Shown: positions 1 to 10,882 of the stretch, piece after piece
Layout: each line of letters begins with the position of its first letter
How positions within the stretch are numbered: position 1 is the first letter of the stretch
Source: Omnitrophica bacterium GWA2_41_15
GTDB taxonomy: Bacteria; Omnitrophota; Gorgyraeia; Gygaellales; Profunditerraquicolaceae
Length of the DNA: 60,740 nucleotides
NCBI GenBank assembly: GCA_919902045.1
Contig: CAKKSP010000041.1
Span: 1 to 60,740, forward strand
Reading direction: 5' to 3'
Made by a program: the position numbers and the translations under genes
Notes under the pieces: generated by a model
What the model saw: only the letters and a program-made list of their open reading frames with translations
The model's database searches: none
Told to the model about the DNA's origin: nothing

Positions 1-2
1 AA

Positions 3-302
3 TTGTTTTCTTCTATAAAAGATTTGCCTTTTGATTCGCGGAAAACCGAATTGGTTGAGGGTAAGGGGTGCCAGGAATGCCGTTTTACCGGTTACCGCGG
101 CCGTACGGGAATTTATGAGATATTGCCATTAAGTGACCAGCTTCGGGAGTTGATTATTACCCGCGCTTCAAGCCAGCAGATTAAACAACTCGCGCTTTCG
201 CAAGGTATGCGCACGCTGCTTTATGACGGGTTACGTAAAGTCGGAATGGGACTTACTACGTTTGCAGAAGTCAAGCGCGTAACACAGCAGGATATAGTTT
301 GA
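3..302 (+). CDS. PilB/GspE-type secretion ATPase, C-terminal fragment (truncated by window edge)
   Basis: GxGCxxCxxTGYRGRTGIYE motif and GxTTxxEVxRV tail, typical of GspE/PilB. Confidence 0.9.
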   Translation: MFSSIKDLPFDSRKTELVEGKGCQECRFTGYRGRTGIYEILPLSDQLRELIITRASSQQIKQLALSQGMRTLLYDGLRKVGMGLTTFAEVKRVTQQDIV

Positions 303-1513
303 TGCCGCGATACCGCTATAGCGCAAAAAGCTCAAGCCAAGAAACAGTGCAAGGCTTAATTGACGCTGAAACTACCCAAGACGCAATCTTGCAACTTACG
401 CGCACAGGTTATTTTCCTTTAACTGTGGATGCGGCAGATTCTTCGCATTTAAATAATCGTCAAAGTATGCTTAAAACAAAAATAAGCAGGCGGGAACTGG
501 CGTTATTTACCCGTCAGCTTTCAAGCCTTACTGAATCCGGTATCAATATTATCAACGGGCTTATTATGGTTGCTAAGCAGATGCCGAATAAAGGAATGCA
601 GGCGCTGCTTGGCGAAATTATTGATAAGATCAAAGACGGTAGTTCCTTGGCAGAGAGCCTAAGTTTTTATCCTCAAGCTTTTCCGCGGCTTTATACGGCA
701 ATGATCCATTCCGGTGAATCAGGAGGAAAAATTGAACCTGTGCTCAGGGAGTTGTCGGATTATCTTGAAAAAGAGGAAGAGTTCAAGAATGCTGTCTGGG
801 CAGCGCTAACTTATCCGTTATTTGTGCTTATTGCCGGAATAGCAAGTGTTACGGTATTGATCGGTTTTGTAGTGCCGAGACTGGCCAGTATGTTTACGGA
901 TATGGGGGAAAGTTTGCCATTTCCTACCCGGGTAGTTATTTCATTTTCGCAAGGGATAGGAAAATTTGGTATAATTGTTGCGGCATTATTTGTAGTAGTA
1001 ATAATTTTATGGCAGAGGCTTCGCAGAACAAGCCGTGGAAGAGCTGTTATCGATACCCTGAAAATAAAAATTTTTCTGTCAGGGGAAGTTGTGCTAAAAA
1101 CTGAAATCAGCCGCCTAATGCGCACATTGTCGTTGTTACTTTCAAGCGGAATGCCGATTACTCCCAGCCTTGAAATTGCCTCTTTAGTTACAGATAACGC
1201 TGCCATAAGTTTACATATGCAAAAAGTAAGAGAGCAGATTTCAAAAGGCGCAAATTTATCCGGTTCTTTAAAAGAAACGAAATTTTTCCCGGATCTGGTA
1301 ATCAGTATTATTGCAGTAGGCGAAGAGACGGGCGCTCTTGATAAAGCGTTGCTTCGCGTGGCGTTAAATTATGAGCGGGATGTGGATGTTTTGCTAAAAA
1401 CTGTGGTGCGTTTACTTGAGCCTTCGATAATCCTGATAATGGGGTTGGTGGTGAGTTTTATCGTTTTTTCGATGCTGCTTCCGATTTTTCAAATTAATAT
1501 GCTGGTCAAATAA
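302..1513 (+). CDS. PilC/GspF inner-membrane platform protein
   Basis: FTRQLSSL, GESGG, ALTYP, GEETGALD and LLEP motifs; ATG at 302 overlaps the upstream TGA (TGATG). Confidence 0.92.
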   Translation: MPRYRYSAKSSSQETVQGLIDAETTQDAILQLTRTGYFPLTVDAADSSHLNNRQSMLKTKISRRELALFTRQLSSLTESGINIINGLIMVAKQMPNKGMQALLGEIIDKIKDGSSLAESLSFYPQAFPRLYTAMIHSGESGGKIEPVLRELSDYLEKEEEFKNAVWAALTYPLFVLIAGIASVTVLIGFVVPRLASMFTDMGESLPFPTRVVISFSQGIGKFGIIVAALFVVVIILWQRLRRTSRGRAVIDTLKIKIFLSGEVVLKTEISRLMRTLSLLLSSGMPITPSLEIASLVTDNAAISLHMQKVREQISKGANLSGSLKETKFFPDLVISIIAVGEETGALDKALLRVALNYERDVDVLLKTVVRLLEPSIILIMGLVVSFIVFSMLLPIFQINMLVK

Positions 1514-1517
1514 ATTT

Positions 1518-2897
1518 ATGAACAATCCTTATTTTATATTACAGTTCGCGCAGGATTCTTTAAAAGTGGTGCGAGTAAATAATAACGGCGATTTACAGGT
1601 AGAATCGCGCAGCTTGAATAAAGAGACTCTGAAGGAACAGCTGGCCGATTGTTTTAAAAAACTTAAATTTCATAATCATCCATGCGTAGTTGTGCTTGCG
1701 CGCAGTCAGGCAACATGCCGTTATCTTAAAATCCCCGGCACAAAAATTCAGGAAATAGAGCGCATGCTTACTATGCAGGCAGCGGTATTGTTGCCTTACC
1801 CACAGGATAAGCTGGTCTGTGGGTATCAAATTATCCAAACTGATAAAAGTAATTTCACGCATGCGGATTTAGTGATTGTGCATAAGGAACTGATTTTAAA
1901 AATTCTTGATCCGGTTTTAGAATTTAAACCGCGTAAGGTTTCAGTATTATTAAGCTCCTATGGTTTAGGTAATTTTGCGCGTTTTATAAAGCAAGAAAGC
2001 CAGAATCCTGTCATGCTTTCTGAATTTAACGATAATCAGGCTGAAGTAGCAATTGTGCAGAAAAATAAAATTCTTTTTGGCCGCTCTTTTCGGCTTGACC
2101 GCACGGCGCCTAGCTGGGAAAAGATTTTTTGCGAAGAGTTATTAAAAACAAAAGAAGCTTATCTTAAGGAAACTCAAGGCCTGCCTTTAGAAAAGCTCGT
2201 TCTTTTTTATCCGCAGGGGGCAGTTTTAGATAAAGAAAAATTTGCAAGCCTTTCGGGAATTTCCGTAGAAACTTTTGATTATACCGTCTCTTTAAAGTTG
2301 CCGGATGAATTTAAAAAAGATCCCGCATTTATTTTTAATGGATGGGCAGCGCTATTTGGTTTTAGCTTGGGCCTTCCTGAAAAATCTCTTAATTTGCTGC
2401 CTTTAGAGCTTAAAGAAAAACAAAAAAAACTAACCTCACTAAAAGATGCGGTTTTAATATTATCTTTTCTGTTCTTATCCTTTGTTTTGTGGGCGGTGAT
2501 TTTAAATCGCGGCGTTCAGGCTAAGGGAGATTATCTTAAGAAGATCCAGGCGCGTATTGCAGAAACCGCAAAAGAAGCCATGCCGCTTGAGGAGATGGAA
2601 AAGAGGTTTGAGAATCTTAATCGGTATACTGATAAAAAAAGTGTCAGCCTTGAAATATTAGGCGCATTGGGGGATTTAATTCCGCAGGAGGTTTTTCTTT
2701 CTAATTTTATTTATGCCCAGGAGGAGATAAGTTTACGCGGCCAAGCTAAAATAATCAGTCAGGTTTTGGAGTTTGTAAAAGCGCTTGAAAAATCTTCCGT
2801 GTTTAAGGGGTATGAGATAAAAATAAAATTTGCCACACAAAGAGGCGCAGCTAAAAATGAGGCAATTGATTTTGAGATTTCCTGCCTCAAATCATAA
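1518..2897 (+). CDS. PilM/PilN (GspL)-like alignment-complex protein
   Basis: Long cytoplasmic domain, LNLLP motif, one TM, coiled coil, then PilN-like ISLRGQA domain; operon context. Confidence 0.7.
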   Translation: MNNPYFILQFAQDSLKVVRVNNNGDLQVESRSLNKETLKEQLADCFKKLKFHNHPCVVVLARSQATCRYLKIPGTKIQEIERMLTMQAAVLLPYPQDKLVCGYQIIQTDKSNFTHADLVIVHKELILKILDPVLEFKPRKVSVLLSSYGLGNFARFIKQESQNPVMLSEFNDNQAEVAIVQKNKILFGRSFRLDRTAPSWEKIFCEELLKTKEAYLKETQGLPLEKLVLFYPQGAVLDKEKFASLSGISVETFDYTVSLKLPDEFKKDPAFIFNGWAALFGFSLGLPEKSLNLLPLELKEKQKKLTSLKDAVLILSFLFLSFVLWAVILNRGVQAKGDYLKKIQARIAETAKEAMPLEEMEKRFENLNRYTDKKSVSLEILGALGDLIPQEVFLSNFIYAQEEISLRGQAKIISQVLEFVKALEKSSVFKGYEIKIKFATQRGAAKNEAIDFEISCLKS

Positions 2898-2903
2898 AAA
2901 AAG

Positions 2904-3425
2904 ATGAAGATTCTAAGCCTAAGAGAAAAACGGATTCTTTGGGTGGTAGTAGGTTTATTGGCAGTCGGCCTTCCGGCGCAGATATTAGTTTTTCCGCTTC
3001 TTGAAAGCCACCGCGATCTTGATAAAAAAATCCTTGCTGCTCAAATTAAAGCGAATAAATATGAACGCCTGATACAGCGTAAAGATGCCTTGCAAAAGAA
3101 ATACCAGGCGATTTCCTTTGTTTTAAAAAATTCATCCGGAGCCCAGGAAACAATTGTTGAGGGCTTAAGTGAGCTTGAGTCATTGGCAAGAGAAAGCGGG
3201 ATTAGAATTTTAGATATCCGTCCGCAACTTTTAAAAAAAGACAGCTCTATTAAAGAGACGGGGATTGAGCTTAAGGCCGCAGCTAATATGGAAGGTTTTA
3301 TCCGTTTTATCTATAAAGTCGAGCGCTCGCTCACTTTATTTAAAATAAAGAAAATCCAACTTACCACCAAACCCGGCTCGCCCATGCTTGAAGGCTCCTT
3401 TAGTATCGCCCGCCTCGCGCTTTAA
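2904..3425 (+). CDS. PilO/GspM-like protein
   Basis: LSLREKR N-terminus, TM, coiled coil, LARESGI; follows the PilMN-like gene. Confidence 0.75.
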   Translation: MKILSLREKRILWVVVGLLAVGLPAQILVFPLLESHRDLDKKILAAQIKANKYERLIQRKDALQKKYQAISFVLKNSSGAQETIVEGLSELESLARESGIRILDIRPQLLKKDSSIKETGIELKAAANMEGFIRFIYKVERSLTLFKIKKIQLTTKPGSPMLEGSFSIARLAL

Positions 3426-3436
3426 ATAGATTAGAA

Positions 3437-3523
3437 TAAATTAGGGACAGACACCTATTTTTTTGAAAAGAACTCAAAAATAGAAAATTGTAAAATAGAA
3501 AATAGGTGTCTGTCCCTAATTTA
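3437..3523. mobile_element. Non-autonomous 87-bp element (MITE/REPIN-like) with perfect 25-bp inverted repeats
   Basis: TAAATTAGGGACAGACACCTATTTT (3437-3461) and its exact reverse complement (3499-3523); identical to the arms around the RAYT gene at 37698-38460. Confidence 0.85.
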
Positions 3524-3580
3524 ACATCACCATACCAAATACCAATCAGTAAGCGCTCACCAATTTTTTTAAAAAAAATC

Positions 3581-3608
3581 TTGACAAGTTTCGGGATTTG
3601 TTTATAAT
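3581..3608 (+). promoter_or_regulatory. sigma70 promoter of groESL
   Basis: TTGACA 3581-3586, 16 bp, TATAAT 3603-3608. Confidence 0.85.
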
Positions 3609-3634
3609 TGGCACTCTGCGGGTGAGAGTGCTAA
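3608..3634 (+). promoter_or_regulatory. CIRCE element (HrcA operator)
   Basis: TTGGCACTC-N9-GAGTGCTAA, one mismatch to TTAGCACTC-N9-GAGTGCTAA, directly upstream of groES. Confidence 0.95.
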
Positions 3635-3663
3635 GATACAACCTATTTAAGGAGGTGTGGGGA

Positions 3664-3954
3664 ATGAAGATTCAACCATTAGGTGACAGAGTAGTAGTAA
3701 AACCCTTGGAACCAGAGAGCAAGACCAAGGGCGGGATTGTTTTACCTGATACGGTTAAAGAAAAGCCTCAAGAGGGTGAAGTCATTGCCGTAGGTAAAGG
3801 TAAGGTTCTTGATAGCGGCGCCATTCAAGCTCTTGAAGTTAAAGCAGGCGATCGCGTGCTTTACGGAAAATATTCCGGGTCAGAAATTACTACCAAAGAC
3901 GGCCAGGAACTGTTGATTATGCGCGAGGAAGATATTTTAGCGGTGATGAAATAA
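3664..3954 (+). CDS. groES: Co-chaperonin GroES
   Basis: [12 protein letters not shown]...GGIVLPD; start moved to ATG 3664 after AGGAGGTG. Confidence 0.98.
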   Translation: MKIQPLGDRVVVKPLEPESKTKGGIVLPDTVKEKPQEGEVIAVGKGKVLDSGAIQALEVKAGDRVLYGKYSGSEITTKDGQELLIMREEDILAVMK

Positions 3955-5622
<1,668 letters not shown>

Positions 5623-5650
5623 AACAGAGTGAAGAGTTAAGAATTAATAG

Positions 5651-5708
5651 AAACTAGGGGACGCTTCTGGGGTTTTGAAGAAAAAACTACCGAAGCGTCC
5701 CCTAGTTT
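5651..5708 (+). terminator. 17-bp inverted repeat after groEL followed by a T-run; likely terminator, related to the TAGGGGACG palindrome family
   Basis: AAACTAGGGGACGCTTC (5651-5667) / GAAGCGTCCCCTAGTTT (5692-5708). Confidence 0.65.
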
Positions 5709-5714
5709 TTTATC

Positions 5715-5743
5715 TTGCAAATATAAAATCTTTACGATAGAAT
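5715..5743 (+). promoter_or_regulatory. Putative sigma70 promoter
   Basis: TTGCAA-17 bp-TAGAAT ending 10 nt before the ROK kinase ATG. Confidence 0.55.
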
Positions 5744-5753
5744 AACAAACATT

Positions 5754-6680
5754 ATGAGCTCCACGTATACCATAGGGATAGATTTAGGTGGAACAAATCT
5801 CAAAATTGCTTTGGTTGAGGCGTCTAACCGTATTAAAGACAAGCAGGTATATGATACGCGTTCCTACCGAAATAAGGAAAGTTTAATCAACGCGATTACA
5901 ACTGCCTGTCAAAATATCATCGCCAAAAATAAACTTAATAAAAATCAAATTTCTGCCATAGGTCTGGGCCTTCCCGGCCCAATTAATTCAAAAAAAGGTT
6001 TAGTCCATTTTTTCCCGAATATTCCCGGATGGAAAGAAGTTTATTTAGGAAAGATTCTTAAAACGCGTTTAAAGAACGACATCTATTTAGATAATGATGC
6101 TAACCTTATGGCGCTTGCTGAACAGCGAGAAGGTGCTGCTAAGGGTTTTGCTAATGCTGTTTGCCTGACTTTGGGGACAGGAGTTGGCGGAGGACTGATT
6201 TTAGAGGGCAAACTTTTTAGAGGAACTGATTTTGCCGCAGGTGAAATTGGACATATTCCGTTAGGTATTAGTGGAGAGCAATGTAATTGTGGAGGCCGTG
6301 CCTGTCTTGAAAGATATATCGGCAATAACCGTCTTCTTGAAAAAGCAAAGAAATCTTTCGGCAAAAATATCAGCCTTGAAGAATTAAGCCAGTTATCTAT
6401 AAAAAGAAATAAAAAAGCAATTGCCTTTTGGCAGGAAACAGGTGTTTATTTAGGAGTAGTTTTATCCGGAGTTGTTAATCTTCTAAATCCTGGTATTATA
6501 GTGCTTGGCGGCGGAGTGGCAAATGCTGGGAAAATATTATTTGATTCAGTAAAAAATACTATTCGTCAACGCGCCATGCCTGTTCAATCAGAGAATCTGC
6601 GGGTTGTAAAAGCGAAATTAGGCAGAGACGCCGGAATGATTGGCGCAGGGATTTTAGCCAGAGAGAAAGGCAAGGTTTAG
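5754..6680 (+). CDS. ROK family sugar kinase (glucokinase)
   Basis: [24 protein letters not shown] and [10 protein letters not shown] motifs. Confidence 0.93.
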   Translation: MSSTYTIGIDLGGTNLKIALVEASNRIKDKQVYDTRSYRNKESLINAITTACQNIIAKNKLNKNQISAIGLGLPGPINSKKGLVHFFPNIPGWKEVYLGKILKTRLKNDIYLDNDANLMALAEQREGAAKGFANAVCLTLGTGVGGGLILEGKLFRGTDFAAGEIGHIPLGISGEQCNCGGRACLERYIGNNRLLEKAKKSFGKNISLEELSQLSIKRNKKAIAFWQETGVYLGVVLSGVVNLLNPGIIVLGGGVANAGKILFDSVKNTIRQRAMPVQSENLRVVKAKLGRDAGMIGAGILAREKGKV

Positions 6681-6681
6681 T

Positions 6682-7326
6682 ATGAAGATATTTATAGATA
6701 GCGCTAATATAAAAGAGATCAAAGAAGCGGTTAGCCTCGGGGTAGTAGACGGTGTAACTACTAATCCTACTCTTGTAGCCAAAGAATCGAGGCCGGCTAA
6801 ACAACTATTAGAAGAGATTTGCGCGCTCCTGCCAGGGCCGGTAAGCGCAGAAGTTATCAGTCTTGAGTCTAGTGGTATGGTAGCTGAAGCCAGAGAGCTT
6901 TCGCGTATTGCTAAGAATATTGTGGTCAAGGTTCCTTTGATCAAAGAAGGTTTAAAGGCTGCCGCGATATTAGCTAAAGAGAATATAAAAACAAATGTAA
7001 CTTTATGTTTTTCCGCAAACCAGGCTTTGCTTGCTGCTAAGGCAGGGGCAGATTATGTTTCTCCGTTTATCGGCAGGCTTGACGATATCAGTCAGGAAGG
7101 TATGGCATTAATTCGCGACATCCGTCAGATTTTTTTAAATTACAAATTTAAAACCCAGATCATCGTTGCTTCTATACGTAATCCCGTGCATGTCCTGGAA
7201 GCTGCTAAAATCGGAGCTGATATTGCCACTATTCCTTTTTCAGTTATCGAACAGTTAATCAAGCATCCGCTTACTGACATCGGAGTGCAGAGGTTTATAG
7301 AGGATTATAAAAAGATACCAAAGTAA
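6682..7326 (+). CDS. tal: Transaldolase (short fsa/TalC type)
   Basis: [30 protein letters not shown]. Confidence 0.93.
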   Translation: MKIFIDSANIKEIKEAVSLGVVDGVTTNPTLVAKESRPAKQLLEEICALLPGPVSAEVISLESSGMVAEARELSRIAKNIVVKVPLIKEGLKAAAILAKENIKTNVTLCFSANQALLAAKAGADYVSPFIGRLDDISQEGMALIRDIRQIFLNYKFKTQIIVASIRNPVHVLEAAKIGADIATIPFSVIEQLIKHPLTDIGVQRFIEDYKKIPK

Positions 7327-7328
7327 AT

Positions 7329-9560
7329 ATGAAAGAGCTTCTTTTAACGCAGATTAACGCAAATCAAACGCAGATAAACGCAGATTTTCAAAGTAAATAT
7401 CTGCGACCATCTGCGTGCAATCTGCGGGAATCTGCGTTAAAATTTTTAATTTTTGTATTTGTTTTATATTCCTTTCCTTGCAACTGCGCAGCACAGGAGA
7501 AAATGGAAGCTCCGGTAACCGTAAACGGAGATACGGTTGAGTATGACGCAAGCGGCAAAGACGTCGTTGCGATAGGGAATGTCAGTGTCCAATATAAAGG
7601 CTCAAAGCTTACCTGTGACAAATTAACCGTTAATACTACTACTAAAGATAGCCAGGCAGAGGGGCATGTAAGGATAGAGGATGCTAAGGGTGTGATGGAA
7701 GGAGAGCGTGGGAAATATAATTTTAACGCTAAATCCGGATCAGTTGAAAATGCTGAATTTCGTTCATCTCCTTACTTTGGCAAAGCCAAAAACGTACAAA
7801 AAATAAGCGATGCTGAATTTATCGCAAATAGAGGTTATTTTACCAGTTGCGATTACCAGAAGCCTCATTATCGCATTAAGGCAAAAACTATTGATTTTTT
7901 CCAGGAAGATAAAGTTATAACAAAGAACGCTGTTTTTTATGTTCAGGACTTGCCGCTTGCTTATTTAAAAAAATATTCCCATAGTTTAAAAGAGCCGATG
8001 ATGCATGTGCAGTTTATGCCAGGAAAGAGCAAAGATTGGGGCGCATTTCTATTAAGTGCCTGGCGTTATCAAGTTACCGATCATGTGCAAGGCAGGATTT
8101 ATGCTGATTACCGTGAAAAACTAGGGTCAGCCGAAGGTTTTGGCGCAAATTATGATACGGATAATTTTGGCCGCGGTGATTTCAAATTTTATTATACCCA
8201 AGAGCGCCCGAAGAATTTTAATGAAGGAGATCCTGCGGAGTTTGAGCGTTACTTGGTGCGTTCGCGCCATAAGTGGGATATTGACGAGCGTACTAATTTA
8301 GTAAGTGAATATTATAAGATTACCGATTCAAAACGCGTTATTTACGGAGGCGAATACAGTATTCTAAAAGATTATTTTTATCGCGAATACGAAAAAGATA
8401 CCCAACCGTCTAGCTATGCTTTATATCATCACGCTTTTGATTATAGCGGGATAGATGTGATGGTACAAAAGCGAGTTAATAGGTGGTATTCCTCTTATAC
8501 CGAGAAATTGCCTGAAATAAAATACAATCTTTCTTCTGTACAAGTTGGAGAAACCCCGTTTTATTTTGAGCATAATTCTTCTCTTGCGAATTTAAATCAA
8601 AAAAATGCAGTGCATTCTTCTCCTGAAGGAGTAAATTTGACCCGATTTGATACCACGAATAAAATATCACTTCCTACTAAGGTGTCATTTCTGCAGTTTA
8701 GGCCTTTTGCCGGGACCCAAGAAACTTTTTATGATAAAGGTGCAGACGGAGAATCGATTGCGCCTCGGACAATGTTTTTAGCCGGAGCAGATGTGAGTAC
8801 GAAGTTTTACCGGGTATTTAATCTCAAGTCGGAATTTTTAAAGATGCAGTTTAATGGTTTACGCCATGTTATTACGCCTACAATCGGTTATACTTATCAG
8901 CATGATCCGACTGTTTCCTCAAACCATATCCGGCAAATTGATGGTATTGATTCTTTAAGCCGCTCAAATAGTGCCTCTTTGGGGCTTTCTAACAAATTAC
9001 AAACCAAGCGTGATAATAAGAGTGTTGATTTTGCGGATTTTAATATTACTAATGCCTATACTTTTAAGACAGAAGGTAATAACGGCGGCAATTTAGGAAA
9101 TTTCCTTTTTGACCTGACAGTTTTGCCATATTCATGGATGCGTTTTGATACCGATGCTACCTATGATCATCGCAACGATTATTTTACCAATGCCAATTAT
9201 GATGTTAACTTTAACTTAGCTTCTAACAAGACTATTGGATTAGGTCAGCGTTATCAGAGAAAAGGCGGTAATGAAATTACCAATAGTTTTGACTGGCGTT
9301 TTACTCCGAAATGGCGTTTGGCGCTTTATCAACGCAGAAATATCGGGCATGACCCTTCGGTAAAAAAAGGTTTACGCGAGCAGGAGTATACGATCTCCCG
9401 CGACTTACATTGCTGGCAGATGGATTTTAGTTATAATGTTAAGCGGGGAGAGGGAGAAACAATTTGGTTAATCTTTCGTTTAAAAGCGTTTCCGGAAATG
9501 GAATTTGTGCTTGATCAATCATACCATGGCCCAAAAGCAGGGTCGCAATCGAATTCGTAA
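7329..9560 (+). CDS. lptD: LPS-assembly protein LptD-like (OstA N-domain plus beta-barrel), with an in-frame palindromic insert in the signal peptide
   Basis: GNVSV...LTCDKL jellyroll, FTSCD..PHY motif, RDLHCW near the C-terminus, aromatic-rich beta strands. Confidence 0.8.
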   Translation: MKELLLTQINANQTQINADFQSKYLRPSACNLRESALKFLIFVFVLYSFPCNCAAQEKMEAPVTVNGDTVEYDASGKDVVAIGNVSVQYKGSKLTCDKLTVNTTTKDSQAEGHVRIEDAKGVMEGERGKYNFNAKSGSVENAEFRSSPYFGKAKNVQKISDAEFIANRGYFTSCDYQKPHYRIKAKTIDFFQEDKVITKNAVFYVQDLPLAYLKKYSHSLKEPMMHVQFMPGKSKDWGAFLLSAWRYQVTDHVQGRIYADYREKLGSAEGFGANYDTDNFGRGDFKFYYTQERPKNFNEGDPAEFERYLVRSRHKWDIDERTNLVSEYYKITDSKRVIYGGEYSILKDYFYREYEKDTQPSSYALYHHAFDYSGIDVMVQKRVNRWYSSYTEKLPEIKYNLSSVQVGETPFYFEHNSSLANLNQKNAVHSSPEGVNLTRFDTTNKISLPTKVSFLQFRPFAGTQETFYDKGADGESIAPRTMFLAGADVSTKFYRVFNLKSEFLKMQFNGLRHVITPTIGYTYQHDPTVSSNHIRQIDGIDSLSRSNSASLGLSNKLQTKRDNKSVDFADFNITNAYTFKTEGNNGGNLGNFLFDLTVLPYSWMRFDTDATYDHRNDYFTNANYDVNFNLASNKTIGLGQRYQRKGGNEITNSFDWRFTPKWRLALYQRRNIGHDPSVKKGLREQEYTISRDLHCWQMDFSYNVKRGEGETIWLIFRLKAFPEMEFVLDQSYHGPKAGSQSNS
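7342..7442. repeat. Periodic palindrome: 4x AACGCA(G/A)AT then 4x ATCTGCG, 14-bp perfect terminal inverted repeat
   Basis: Left units at 7346, 7356, 7367, 7377; right units at 7399, 7409, 7420, 7430; ends TTTTAACGCAGATT / AATCTGCGTTAAAA. Confidence 0.9.
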
Positions 9561-9572
9561 AAGAGGAAATTA

Positions 9573-10880
9573 ATGAAAATTTCAATTGTCGGTTCAGGTT
9601 ATGTCGGCTTAGTTAGCGGCGCCTGTTTTGCGCAACTCGGAAATAAAGTTATTTGTGTAGATAATAATAAAAAAAAGGTAGCTGCGCTTAAAAAGGGGCA
9701 TATACCGATATATGAGCCAGGCCTTAGTGAACTGATAAAAAGCAATGTTTTAAAAAAACGGCTGCACTTTACTGACAGTATCCGCGAAGGTGTAGAAAAT
9801 TCCGAAATAATTTTTATCGCCGTAGGTACTCCGCCTTCTGAAAACGGCGAAGCAGACCTTACCGGAATTGAAAATGTAGCTGCTAATATCGCTAAAAATA
9901 TGAAGAGTTACCGTTTAATAGTAGAAAAATCTACTGTTCCTGTTGAGACCGGCGAGTGGGTAAAACATACGATCAAATCATATATAAAAAAAGATGTTAA
10001 ATTTGATGTGGCTTCAAACCCGGAATTTTTGCGCGAAGGCCAGGCAATTGACGATTTTATGCATCCGGATCGGATTGTTGTGGGGCTGGAGTCTCAAACC
10101 GCACGCCAGAAGATGGAGCTGTTGTATAAGCCGCTTAATGCCCCGATTGTTTTTACCGACATAAAATCCGCGGAATTAATTAAGCATGCCTCAAATTCTT
10201 TTCTCGCCACGAAGATTTCATTTATTAACGCGGTTTCCTGTATTTGCGATAAAGTCGGGGCTGATGTTACAGAAGTTGCAAGAGGGATGGGTTTAGATAA
10301 GAGGATCGGCCCGGGTTTTTTAAGCGCAGGGATCGGTTACGGAGGATCATGTTTTCCTAAAGATTTAGAGGCTTTTGTTAAAATCTCTGAAAAATTAGGT
10401 TATAATTTTAAATTGCTTAAAGCCGTAAAAGAAATAAATGAAAACCAAAAAGATGAGTTTGTGCAAAAAATAAAGAACTCGCTCTGGATAATCAAGGATA
10501 AAAATATCGGAGTCCTGGGTATTTCTTTTAAGCCTGATACCGATGATATCCGCAGTGCTCCTGCCATAGATATCATTAAATCGCTGGAGGCTGAAGGGGC
10601 AAAAGTAAAAGTCTACGACCCTCAAGCAATGGATAAAACTAAGGGTATATTTAAGACTGTTAATTATTGTAAGGATCCTTATGCTGTGTGTAAAGGGGCG
10701 GAGTGTTTGTTGATTCTTACAGAATGGGATGAATTTAAAGAGCTGGATTTTTTAAAGATAAAAAAATTAATGCGACGCCCGATAATTATTGATGGCCGTA
10801 ATATTTATGATTCAAGGCGGCTGGAAAAAATAGGTTTTACTTATATCAGTGTTGGAAGAGGCGGCCTTTTAAGGAAATAA
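9573..10880 (+). CDS. ugd: UDP-glucose 6-dehydrogenase
   Basis: GSGYVGL, SNPEFLREG, GYGGSCFPKD. Confidence 0.93.
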   Translation: MKISIVGSGYVGLVSGACFAQLGNKVICVDNNKKKVAALKKGHIPIYEPGLSELIKSNVLKKRLHFTDSIREGVENSEIIFIAVGTPPSENGEADLTGIENVAANIAKNMKSYRLIVEKSTVPVETGEWVKHTIKSYIKKDVKFDVASNPEFLREGQAIDDFMHPDRIVVGLESQTARQKMELLYKPLNAPIVFTDIKSAELIKHASNSFLATKISFINAVSCICDKVGADVTEVARGMGLDKRIGPGFLSAGIGYGGSCFPKDLEAFVKISEKLGYNFKLLKAVKEINENQKDEFVQKIKNSLWIIKDKNIGVLGISFKPDTDDIRSAPAIDIIKSLEAEGAKVKVYDPQAMDKTKGIFKTVNYCKDPYAVCKGAECLLILTEWDEFKELDFLKIKKLMRRPIIIDGRNIYDSRRLEKIGFTYISVGRGGLLRK

Positions 10881-10882
10881 TT

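Noticed and set aside
3598-3663. N-terminal extension of GroES in the ORF track
   Set aside because: It overlaps the -10 box and CIRCE; the true start follows the SD at 3664. Extensions of lexA, dinB, rpoN, NtrC, PocR and DUF2062 ORFs were trimmed for similar reasons
7342-7442. CRISPR array
   Set aside because: Units are 9-11 bp with no spacers and are arranged as an inverted mirror; no cas genes or 25-40-bp spaced repeats were seen anywhere in the window
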